A stretch of 64,000 nucleotides of DNA from Rhodosorus marinus CCMP1338 (taxonomy: Eukaryota > Plantae > Rhodophyta), in NCBI GenBank assembly GCA_029953675.1, contig JAMWBK010000008.1, positions 1,302,001 through 1,366,000 of the forward strand, written 5' to 3'. Of the stretch, positions 36,242 through 47,900 are shown in pieces (position 1 is the stretch's first letter; each line of letters starts with the position of its first letter). The notes below the pieces were generated by a model. That model saw nothing but the letters and a program-made list of their open reading frames with translations. It was not told the origin of the DNA and searched no databases. Position numbers and translations under genes: made by a program.

Positions 36242-37292
36242 TGCCGCTGCACAGGAAACTCATTCCCAATAATCGTCTTAGATCGAGGATCTCATGCAGA
36301 GATGGTTGAGAGCACCATTGCACATAGTGCGAGCACAGTTCGTCATGCACTATGGCTTGCCTGCCCAGTAACCCTTAACATGCTCGGAAGCTTTGTCTCA
36401 CAAGGTTCCGCGTCCATATACAGAAAATAGCAGACGAGGTAATGCCTACGTACTCCTTGTCCAGCTTCAACCTATTATAAAACAGCTGACAACTCTTCAA
36501 GCACACACAGCATAGTTTGCAAAGGCAGAGAAAAGGCAGACCTACAACCGGACCATTGTGAGATGCGCTTATGCGCGATCAGTTTTTAATATGTTCGCGG
36601 ACCCAGCTGGCTGCCGGGGAAGTCGAAACTTGGTTCACTCTTCTTAACAAAGCGACCTTTGGATGCACTGCCAAGTCACGATCGCTAAGCCGCAGTGCAC
36701 TTCGTGCACCGTTGCAACTGCGATGGAGCCAGTACTAGCGACTTGAGAGCTCGGGAAATGACTTGCCAAGCAATGGAGTGCAAAAAAAAGGCCCCCGGTA
36801 AGAAACCCGTGTTTTTTTTATCAAATCCGGTTGATAGAACTGATTGGAAAAGCAGTCAATTTCTTCCATCAAATTATTGAGCAACACGCGTTCTAGCGAT
36901 GTTCGTTGGCTGTAGAAGAAGCGAATAGACTGGTTCTCACGAATTAAAGAACGACGCGTGTTGATAATGAACTTAAGAAAGTTCCTTGGCCCTCAAAATC
37001 GTTCTGGTGGGGCCACTGTTAGAAAACCCTGGGCCCGCGTGTCTTTCAGACTTGCACTTTTCGGAAGAATTGATAATAAACATTCGTTATACGAACAACC
37101 ATCCCGCATTCGTGTTTTAACTGTCACCTCCTGGATTTATAACGGGTTTTAATTTATTTCCAAGGTAACCCATTATGACCAAATGAAGGGCTGGAGTTCA
37201 TCCAGGTTGAATGATTCGGGTCCTAAAATACTGAAAAGAGGTGGTGAGGAATAGTTTTTCGACCTGTTCTCTACGGAACTTGGTGAGTTTGA

Positions 37293-37317
37293 GGGGGGTG
37301 GGGGGGTGGGTAGGGGG
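37293..37317 (+). promoter_or_regulatory. Strong potential G-quadruplex ~240 nt upstream of the DnaJ-ZnF ATG
   Basis: GGGGGG-T-GGGGGGG-T-GGG-TA-GGGGG seen directly; function inferred. Confidence 0.45.
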
Positions 37318-37557
37318 TTTCTTTTGTTGTTCGCATTGAAAAGGTTGAGGAATTGCCAGTGAGCGGTGGTGAGATAAACTCGCAGAATAGGGAGGGCAGA
37401 CAGGGAGGCTTTTTGTATTTGTTTCTGGGTGGAGTTCGTATAAAAGGCTAGAGAGTATTTGGGTGCGGGGATATATTGGCGAGTGGAGAGGCGGTCTGCA
37501 AATGGGCGGAGGAGGAAAAGGAATTTGTTGTTTTGTTTGATTGTTAGTTGGGAAAAA

Positions 37558-38373
37558 ATGGAGGCGTGCTTTGTGGGTTTGGCTAGTTCGGCGAGGGGAT
37601 TGAGGGTGAGCAATCGGCTTGCTGTGCAGTCTCGACGGAGACATAGCTGCGTAGTGGCGTGTGAGAAGACTGAAGAGGATTCGGGGCCTCCTAAAATTGT
37701 TCGAGACGTCGGTCTGGACGAGAGTTGGTATGTTTACTATGAGGTAAGCGATGCAATGCGGTTCCCTCGATCGCACAAGTTATGGATCGGCATTCAGGCC
37801 ATAGCTATGTGCAATTTTCTGATTCAGTTTGGATCGTACTTTCGGCTTACCTTCCCCAGGAAGGGAACAAGTGCGTGGTTTGCAGAGGACAAGGCACCGA
37901 GAGCTGTTCCTATTGCTACGGAGAAGGGCATATTGTAATTGGAGCTAACCAAGAAACAGATCGTGCGGTCTGTCCTTTGTGTGAAGGTAAGAAGTTGGAC
38001 CGTGCAAGTAGCACGGGCTAGAGATGCGACTTTGTCCCCCTTCGCCGCTTGCTGAAGAATTTCGAACGCTCTGTTGCGGATCTCCTGGTCAGGGGCGAAA
38101 ACTAACATATGCATGAGATGTAATGGATCCGGAGTGCGCCCTTCAACTCGTTTTAACGCGGAGACTGACGAAGTGGAGCGGAATCCCACAAACGCTGAGA
38201 TCTTGGCGAACGCTCGCAAGGATCAGCAGTATACAGGAAACCAACCGTCAATACCAGAACCAGAACCAGAAGTGGTGGAAGTTAGCGATCCGGCAGTCCA
38301 GCAGGCGTCTTTTCACGATGACGAGAGGACCAAACTTGAGGTCCCTGCTGCCGAGGAATCGGTTGGCGTTTGA
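37558..38373 (+). CDS. Plastid-targeted DnaJ-type zinc-finger (CxxCxGxG) protein
   Basis: Transit-peptide-like MEACFVG start. Spliced exons give CVVCRGQG, CSYCYGEG, CPLCEG and CMRCNGSG; no J-domain. Confidence 0.8.
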
Positions 38374-39655
38374 TTTCCATCGCAGATCAAGATTCATCGC
38401 CGATCTTGACGACGATGCGCATACCGAGAGAATTACATTGGGTGCGTTCAGTGTCGTCGCTAGCGTTCGTTCTGGCACCAGGGCGGGATCGGTTGTTGGT
38501 TACGGAGAGAGAGTGAAAAGTAGCTTTCGTAGGTGGACTTTGTAAGCCGCCGGGTGTATAGATACCAAGAGGGGGAGGGCCGGCTGAATTGTGAATGCCT
38601 GGGGATAAGGTCCGATTGCCAGATTAGGTCCAAGTTTTGTGTTCTCGAGCAATCCTTCGAGAACTCTCGTGCAAGAGAGCTCCCTGAGCCAAGTCCGGGA
38701 GGGAGAGCCGTAGGCTGTACGGCAGCGTTTGGGAACTTTTTGAGTGGCCCTGTTCGGCCTCAACTTGACCCTAGTGCTGCCTGCGCCAGTAACGGATTAT
38801 GAATGGACATTTCCGCATAAGAGTAAGCAAATTTCAGCGTTTGTAAAACTTTCGAATACCAAATACTACTTGCCATCCCTCCGCTTTCGACGCCCGATTT
38901 CGTTGCTCGAGAGATTGCTTTTCCGTAAGAATCGCTGAATCGGCGATGCTGCAGTAGAGCGTGGAATCGGTTCGCGTTATACAACGTCGCACGGAAGAGG
39001 TGCGCTTCAGCACAGTTCTGTCGGTCCTCCACAATCGCCCGTAGCGCCAGTCCACGCTCTAGCGTGCAGCGGGGATCTTTAATCTGTCTCTTCACACAGA
39101 TAAAAGATATGACTAATCAAACATCATCAAACCAAAAAAAAGTTAACGCCTGTTAGAGAGAGAAAATACTTTAAATTATTTTAAAATTAAAATAATGCGA
39201 AAGTGACCTACCCCTTGGATAGAAAATTCCAGAAATAGACTGAAAATCTAGTTCTAGAACTGAACGGGAATAATTTTGTACCTTGTGCTGCGGTTCGGAG
39301 AAGGATGGCATTCTCTTTCGTCGGCAGACTGCTGAGGATTTCTCTAAACGGGACTTCCTATCTTGTCAGTCGCATCGGTTTGCATGAGAAGCACGGAGAA
39401 GGGTAGGGGAGCAAAGACCAGCACAGGTTGCAGAGGAAGGGAGGAAGCTAAGCATAGCAGGATGTTTAGCGGAAGAGTGTTTGGAAACAACTTTTCATGT
39501 TAGCGGCGCAGGAGAGACTGAAGAGAACTGACCCAGTCTTGATATCTGCTTCTTGGAGCTTCGTTGGTGGTTTGGGGTAGTGGCTATGGTTGTGGACATG
39601 GTATAGCACATCGTGAGAGATCGGAGGTCAGGGGGTGCTTCGTGTGGGAGATAAG

Positions 39656-40757
39656 ATGTCACAAAGACCCAGTGCCGCGCACAGTTGGGATGGGCTTCGG
39701 CGTGAGGCAAGACAGTTGGAAAATGAGATGGAAGCCTCACTGAATTCGTTCGCGAAACTGGGGACGAAATCAATGGACTCTAGAGGTATGTGACTGTGTA
39801 TCAGAAGCGACATCGGTTAGACTTCAACACCATGAACCACCCCGACACGGTGGCTGAAACACACTTTGCGGGGTGGTGACTCGACCCGCCTGCTGGCTAT
39901 GAACTTGGCGATGACTGTACAGCCAAATCAATGATCTTAGAGATTACGTAACTGATCGTCCGTCATTGCTGGCTAATACCGATCAGGTGGAGGAGCAGGA
40001 GCCATGGAGCACGTAGCCATGGAGATTGAAACGCTCCTGGCCAGGCTCACAGATATTGTGGAAGCTATGGAAGCGTATCTAGCTTCGAACGCTGCGGCGA
40101 GTGGAAACCCTACCATGGCACATACTCTGGAGAGGCACAGCGAGATTCTGAACGACTACAAACGAGAGTTTAGAAAAAGAAAGGTTAGAAAAATGCTGAT
40201 GACCTCCGATCAAGCACTTCGGGCCAGAATCCGTTCTTCCCAGTGTCCTTATGTTACATAGTTTGATGATTGCTACTGACGATACTACCCGGCCTGTCCC
40301 TGTTGTTTTAGGGCACGCTGACGTTCGGACGAGACCATCATGAGCTTGTTGCTGGAGGACGAGTCAAAGAGAAGACCGACTCGGCCGACGGCAAAGGGCA
40401 TGAAGCTTTGTACTCTGAGCGTGCTGCTGTCACTGGCGCAACCAACGCAGTAGACAACACGCTTTCTCAAGGAAATACACTAAGGGAGCAGCTTGAAAAC
40501 CAAAGGGCAATGTTCTCCTCGATGATGACGCGGGTAAGATGCAGAACTAATTAAGTGAGGAGATTGGGGAGTTACCCAGTTACTAAGTTATCAATTCTTA
40601 CTGTTTCCGAGGACAGATGGAATCAGTCTCAGGTTCCATGCCGTCAATATCAAAGCTCATAAACCAAATCAAACACAAGAAGCGGCGAGACGTTCTCGTT
40701 CTTGGGCTTACTGTCGCTGTCCTCGTGGTAATAACAATATGCTGGAAGATCCTTTGA
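39656..40757 (+). CDS. GOSR1: Golgi SNARE GOS1/GOSR1, multi-exon
   Basis: SWDGLRREARQLENEM, HTLERHSEILNDYKREF, KLINQIKHKKRRD and a C-terminal TMD VLVLGLTVAVLVVITICW. Confidence 0.9.
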
Positions 40758-41263
40758 TGAGGCTAAGTCGGTGAGAACCACGTCCCATCGATGCAGCAAA
40801 TACTTTTCGAAAGTAAACGATGTACAATCGTGCCCCCGTCGCAACTCGAGCGCAGACTTGTTGCGCCTTGCAAGCCAATGATGCTGTTCAATGGAAAAAT
40901 GCAGAATCCTAACCCTCATCACGGTCTGGAGCCCTGAACAGGTTCCTGCCGAAGACTACTTCAGCGTCTTGCACGAGGATTTCCCCTATTCGGCGCTTGT
41001 ACCTGCAAAACAGTTTTGCTCAGCTCTCCCAGACAAGTTGATTCAGAACGCACAGATGAAGGGCCCTTCCTGAGCTCCTTCGCTGTCCGGAGAATCTTCC
41101 GCGACGGAGGTTGTTCATCATCATGCGACGGGCTGGCCCGGTTTCTTTCATGAGGCGGTGCACGGTTCGGCACAATAAGTTGCGGCGGTGGTTAATCCCA
41201 TCGGTCGCTCAGTAGAATCAAAACCGAGGGGTTTCGAGCGGGATCTTGAGTTACTGCTGACAT

Positions 41264-41754
41264 TCAAAAGTCCTTCGAAAATAATGCTTGTCCTCGATGC
41301 CGATACGAAGCAAAATCTGGGCGGTATACCAGTCTCTCCATGTACCTATCAGAGCATGGGGACACATCGGTGGGCGTCTTAGTAGGGTGTCAGCTCGTAG
41401 GAAACAAGAGATGAGCTTATGACCATTCTTTCCTACCACTTCGGCGTGTCCGATTTGTCCTCTTCCAGCTTCTCGAAATCGTCTATGTACAGCATACTCC
41501 CCACCAGAGTTACAGCCATTCCAAGCAGGCATTCAAGTACCGCCCTTAAGGGAACCTCAAAGCCGCTCGATTTAGAACCTAACCACATCCAAGTAATCTG
41601 AACCTCGTTGAGAACCTCATCAACCAGATACGACGCGGGACTTCCGCGGACAAGCCATACCTAGAACAATCCATCCAGCGTGAAGCAAGAACAGGAACGA
41701 TAGCAAGATGATAGTGCCACCGATCCTCCTTCTTAGATCTACGTTCATCCCCAT
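41264..41754 (-). CDS. EMC5: ER membrane complex subunit 5 (EMC5/MMGT1), 3 exons, absent from the ORF track
   Basis: MGMNVDLRRRIGGTIILLSFLFLLHAGW...EVPLRAVLECLLGMAVTLVGSML...LVYRPDFASYRHRGQALF. The LLHA, P-xx-V-xx-E and RP-x-F-xx-HRG motifs fit EMC5. Confidence 0.75.
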
Positions 41755-42751
41755 GTGAATTAAATTACACTCCGAGTAGGAGAAAGATAGAAATTCACAA
41801 AATGCTTCTCAAGCGAAGCGACGTAAGTCCGGCAACCACAACCGCTCCCACATGAACCTCACCCGCAATTTACGTCTTTTCCGTTTCCAATGACCAGCCA
41901 AAGCATGACCGCTGTGGATATCCTTGGGGTCCGGGGATTTGAAAGATCACGCCCACTCCATTTCTGAAACAAACGTTTTTGAACGAGTTTCTTGCTTGTG
42001 TTTGATTCAGCTTACGAACATATGACCCGAGAAATGTCCCTAGCCAAAACCTCAACGACTATATATATATATCGATGGCGGTGAAATCAGCTAGTACTTC
42101 ATGTTCGATGTTTGTGCTTCGTGAATTGAGGGTAGCGGCTGTTTCAGGGCGAGCCAGAAACTTTGCCATGACTTTGTTTAGTATCGTTAGGACTTGTGAA
42201 ACTACAGAATTCACAGCTTCTTTACCGGGTCTGGGTCCGGAATCCGTTGCGTGCTATGGCAAATCGGATCTGCCAGGGTTTCTCTGCAGTTGAGGAGGCG
42301 AGGAGTAACAGAGGACCCGGGTTTGGCATGACGTTTCAACAAGCTTTATCCGTTTCGTGTAGAACAAGCTCTTGCTTCGTGTGTAGGAGAGATCAACGCA
42401 TGGTAGCGATCGGAGTCCTGCGAGCTGCGTGTTGCCAGGGAAAAGTCAGGTTTTCAGCCCAATTCTTGTTGTCTATGGATTTGATCTACTGAATTCCCAC
42501 CCACAGAAAGCTAGTATTCGAAACGCATTTGTTCTCTCCCAGTGAGGAGCTCCGCCCGTGTTTGGCACGAAATCTGAAGGCACTTTATAATCAACTTGCA
42601 TGAAGCATGTACCATAATACTTATAGGTTCGAGAGCTGTAAAACAGTAGTCTGGAGCTATTCTAAATAAAAAGATTAGGACGATAGCCTTGGCTGGGGCA
42701 TTGTAATTAAAATGTCCGGAGACGCTTCAGCGTGAATCAAACTGGCGCTGA

Positions 42752-43278
42752 TTAATCTTGTCCTATCAAAGTTCGGCTCCCAGTTCCTAGTCTCGCTAGA
42801 CCAGATGATTTTATCCAGGAGCAAATGGGAATCACAGTGAAAAGAGATTCCTCGTCCATATCCAGGTGACGCTTCTGCGGAAAATGTGAACTCCCAGAGT
42901 TAGAACTGGACGGCACTGCAGTGGCTGTTTCGGTGGGCATGGAACCACTTACTCCCAAACACCCAGGGCAGAGGTTCTTCAATCTGCAGTAGTTAAGGAA
43001 AAAAGTTCTGCGCCATCGACCTGAGTTTGGCCTAGTCCAACCCATCACTCGACATGCCATATACCATGACTCATCCTCCGCAACAATGTCCCTCCACATT
43101 TTACAGACCTGAGCACATCTTTGTACGTGCCAGAACACACAGAGCACAAACAATCTTCAGCCTACACCATGAAGGTGAGGGTATTTTCAGTTTCTTGTCC
43201 TTACCTTGTCAGTGTCGGACCGTCATCCACCCACCGCAGAACGCATCTCGACAGATCTTCCCGCAGAAACGGGTCCAT
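42752..43278 (-). CDS. Small F-box protein; C-terminus uncertain
   Basis: Splicing gives MDPFLREDLSRCVLRWVDDGPTLTRCAQVCKMWRDIVAEDESW, an F-box-like motif, followed by GWxxP...WRRTF. Confidence 0.7.
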
Positions 43279-44147
43279 ACTCACCTTGCTCAGGCAAAAA
43301 CAACTAATGACACAGCTTCCTCGGATGCTTGTCTAGAAAATTTGCTAATCATAATATCAGCTGAGCACGAAGAAAGACTCAGTGTCCTCCATTCATCTCT
43401 ATAGACGTCTCGTTCACTACCTTAAATCCTTTGGGAATGCTATAGAGCAACCACCGCATTGGAACTGCAAGCTTATTTCCACAAAACAGGACAAATGTCT
43501 TTTAACGCCATTGTCCAGATCACTTATTCAAAAATTTAAATGATTGACTCGGTCGATAATGATTGATAAGTTCTGTGCACAAAATTCCCTTCCTCAAACT
43601 ATGCTGTTCGCGTCCGATGTTTAAAGCACTGGCGAGGGAGGCGGATTTGCATCATCCACGCTTACAAAACGCGCTCCAGCTACGGCCCTTGGGGAAACAC
43701 CGCTTACTTCAGCTACCGAACATAGTGGTAAGGATGCAAGGCCAAGCTTAGTTTGCTAAAAGGTATGTCCCTTAGCTATTTCTGTGGACGCGTGAACGGT
43801 TTGGCTTGTGCGTTGGGCCATCCCTGCTTCTGCTCTGATCTGCATCCGCAAAAAAAATTTACAAGCAGTAATGACAAACTAGCCTCTTGACTTGTTTTCT
43901 CATCGTGTACGCTTCTCAAAAGCCATTGAACGATTCAACCGAATGTGATCATGCGCTTGAAGCTGGAACGCGCCCCATAGCCAAGAGCTTAGTATCCTGA
44001 TGAGGTTTGGCGGGGGTGGTCAGAACGAGTCTCTTTGACACACCATAAATACTCTTTACCAGTCAATAGATAGAAATTCATAAACTCTAAATAAACAAGG
44101 GGAAAAAGCTCCCTTCGGCGAAAAACATAATTAAAAGGAATAGGCCC

Positions 44148-44996
44148 TCAAGTAGAAACGCAGATATCAAACGCGGACTTGTACTTCACCAGTCGGTCCA
44201 GGTTTAGCAGCACCAGCGACATTTGCTTCTTCAGCTGTTCAAGGTTCGGTCTGTCAATCAGCTTCACAAATTTGAGAGTCACAGATAGATCCGACTCCTC
44301 GTTCAAACGGGTCGTGACCGAGTGCGCGGCGTACTGGTCCGAAAGACTGTCCCCGACAACAACGAGATTAACCTTTCTAGAACGCATCTGGATTTCCTGA
44401 AGCTCGTCGTAAAAGGCATGCACTTTCCATTCCAGCGGTGCCTCAGGGTACGTTTCATAGTATGCAGACCTCGCACTCACGACCTTGATATTGGCCTCCT
44501 CAATCAAAGCGCTTACCATGGGCATATATCGCGCCGCAGAAATTTGAACCCAACCTTCCCCAGCATTGGTCACAAATACCACTCGTCCTTGACTGAGAGC
44601 TTTCTTGAGAACGCTGACGACCAGTTTGTCTAGCTCCAGAAAAGTGAACCTCGCGTAGGACGACAACGAAAGGAATCCGTGCCTGCTCTCCTCATCGCCG
44701 AGGAAAGTTGTTGGCATGACTGTGTCATCCCAGTCGACAAGAAAAACTGTATCCTCCTCGCTCGCGTTCGATGGCAGGGAGCTCTTTGCCTCTCGTACGA
44801 CTTCCCGACGCTTAACAAGGCTTCCGCAAACGCTCTCCATTCCCATAAACTGCTCCTGCAGCTCCTTCAATACCGAATTATATACATATTTAACTGCTGC
44901 CTCGTCCGCGCCGCAGTACAGGCCTCGGGAATTCTTCGACACATCACCCTGCCGGAAGTCCGAGATCACCGTAACTTGTTCCGCAACTCTGCACAT
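44148..44996 (-). CDS. Uncharacterised HAD-superfamily phosphatase-like protein
   Basis: DWDDT (motif I), VTNAGEGWV (II), WK (III) and VVGDSLSD (IV); single exon, 282 aa. Confidence 0.85.
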   Translation of the reverse strand: MCRVAEQVTVISDFRQGDVSKNSRGLYCGADEAAVKYVYNSVLKELQEQFMGMESVCGSLVKRREVVREAKSSLPSNASEEDTVFLVDWDDTVMPTTFLGDEESRHGFLSLSSYARFTFLELDKLVVSVLKKALSQGRVVFVTNAGEGWVQISAARYMPMVSALIEEANIKVVSARSAYYETYPEAPLEWKVHAFYDELQEIQMRSRKVNLVVVGDSLSDQYAAHSVTTRLNEESDLSVTLKFVKLIDRPNLEQLKKQMSLVLLNLDRLVKYKSAFDICVST

Positions 44997-47900
44997 CTTT
45001 CTTGTCTTGGTTAAGAAGTACTGGCACAGTAGATCTTCAACGTCGTATGATTCAAAAGTCCACTACCCAACAGAGCGACTGAAATCTTTCTCCACCGCAC
45101 AGTGCTCCAAGCTGGCTCCTCAGGCCAATTCTGCAATAAATAGTTGACAGAGGGAAATCGCAACTGCGAAAATTGCCGTCTTCACCAACAAACACCCAAA
45201 ACGGAAACGAATCGCTTTCTAACTTTGTTTTCATCATCCTCGCCTATTCTGAGCCCAACACCAAGCCCGAAACTGGTCCCCTCCCCCCCCCCATATCTCA
45301 TTTCTGGATACTTTCCAGAAATCTTTCTAATTATAAAACGAAAGCAAATATAGAAACCTTTAGAAAAGGCTGATGAGGGGTTTTCGCATGGACCAGGATT
45401 TGGGAAATCTCCAATGGTTGCCTTTCACTCATAGTCAGGGACCATAGCAATTCACGATGCGCATGAAACTAGAAACGGAAAGACATTTCCGGGGAGATCG
45501 TTTCGTTTCGTTTCGAGTTTTGGGATAAGGGGGGTACATCTTTGTCCTGAAAACGAATTCCTTCTTCAAAAATTAGGCTGTTCCAGAGGGGGGTTGGTTC
45601 AAAACTTGCTCCTATTTCATCGACATGCTCTTATCAAAATGGATGGGAGTACTTCGCTTTTTCGCAGTGAAAACAGGGAGATTGCCTTTCTGATTGACCA
45701 TTACAGACCGGCCACTCTCCACACAAAAAAATTTGCTAAACGAAAGGGGGGGGACGCTAATACATCCGACGTATTCCAGCCCCTCTGATATTTGACAGAA
45801 TTATTCATATTTTCAGAATAGGCATTCAATTCCAACTTTAAAAGCAATGTTTTTTAAGCTCTGCAGACTTTTTCTTTCGTTTCAGCATATCTCAAGAAGA
45901 TTTATCAATTGTATTTCGAGAAAAAACCTCTCCTTCACCATGTTTCTTCTTCGCCAAAGATCATTATATTTTCTAATTCAATATATAATATTTATGTTAT
46001 TTGAAATTTTTATGAGGATCGCTAATGGGCATTAAGTCCCTCCCTTTTGAAGATGAGCGAATTATTGGAAAACTTACTTCCATGCCATGTGGGCGTACTC
46101 TTTTTTCAGATGAAAATAGTCAAACGGGACTCATATGGGCGCTGATGGGGCTGTCAGGGTCACTCAAAACTAGAATCTATCGCTTTTGGATCTATGGAGA
46201 ACGCTTTCAACAACAACTCGATCATGCCTTGCGAGCTGGATACCATCTCCCACCAAAAAGCATTTTTTTAAAAATAAAAAACGAGCAGAGTTTTGATGAC
46301 GGGACCATGACACTTGAGTTACATTTCCTCCCCCCCGGTGTATATTAATACACTCCGAAATCGACCATTCTGAGGGCCAATCTGGTGGTAAGAAACCGTT
46401 TCCATCCTCTTTTTGGAGCGCGTGTGAACACGTGTTCTACATTTGGTCGCAAATCCACGCCCGCATTAGGGCAGCTAATGCAAGGATTCAGATTGATCAG
46501 AAGAAGCTTCCATTCGATCCATTGTTCTGGTTGCTCCTACCCCTGACCCCGCATGCGGACCAGACGATTATCTGGCAAAAAGTGCACATTAGTTTTCTTC
46601 TTTTCAAAGATGATATTGCGGGTTGGATGCGTTCAAACCAAATAGGGGATGGTTTGTTTGGCAAACCAGCCTGTGTTGAAAGCCGAAACGTCGAAGTACA
46701 GTTAAGCCAATGCTCGTAAAATTGGGAGATACGCAGTCGTCTCGATGCCGAAAATGGATATCATATTTGAATATGTATTTACTTTTCTGTATTAAGAAAC
46801 CAACCAACATTTCCGCTTCCACTCCATCTGAATCTGACGAAATACCCCAACCGTTCTTAGGATACGCATGCAGGACATTCCAATGATATCTCATACATCA
46901 AACTCAGGGGTGAAAACCATCTACGCAGGCAATGGGCACTGCGACAAGGGGTTGACAGATTTGTTGCATCGAAAAGATGTAAGGATTCAAGACCACAAAC
47001 CTTGATTCTGTGAATTGGCTCTTCCCGAAGAGGCCTCAAATGTTCCCCGGGGTATCTTTCCCAACCCGTCAGGCATTGATAACCACAAATTCTATCTCAT
47101 GTGTATCTGAAAAATCCTATCAAAACATCTTACTCGTGGTTGGCTGATGAATCGAATCTGAGCGAAATTTTCTTCTTCCCAATCCAGATGTGGCCAATGA
47201 ATTCTCACTGCCAGAGAAATGTCGAAAATATTTCTTTGAATGGGAATGTGGGGGCTAGCTGGCAGCACAGAAATGTGATTACATCACCATGCCGACCGAA
47301 GTACTTATGGACAGGTGCGTCAGGAAAACATTCCTACCCTCTACCCACTAGTTCAAGGCTTTTTGGGCATATGCCATTCGAGCGGACGTTGATTCTTCAT
47401 GTGCACGTTCTGACCTGACCATTCATGTTGGACTAATATTGACTTGTTTGCTACACGCTGCCCAATTATACTGCGACCTTGATAGACCCAAAGCAGATCT
47501 CGTCCCCCAATCACTGTGGCTGCCAAGTGCAGTTGTCATGCGTCATAAAACTTCAAAAAAGGGAACGCTTCAAACGCAGATCGCTTCGAAATTGGCTGCA
47601 TAGCACCGGAACTTAATCAGAACGCGGGGGAAGACATCTATTGTAAACCCTCATGCGGGGAGTGCTGAGTCTGATACCGGGGTTCAACCTTCTTTCAGAG
47701 GGTTTTCTGGAAGGCCTTCGGGATGATTTCTTCCTTGGATTCGGCGAAAGCAGGTTTACTGGTGATTCCGATAGGAAAATTTCCTGTCGAGTCGTTGCAA
47801 GGAGAAGCTTGAGCGTTGAAACGCCGGGTTGGAGACGTGTCGTGTGTACAGAAATATTTTTTTTTTTTGATGGAAGACCGTTCTTGATGAGTCGCACCGT

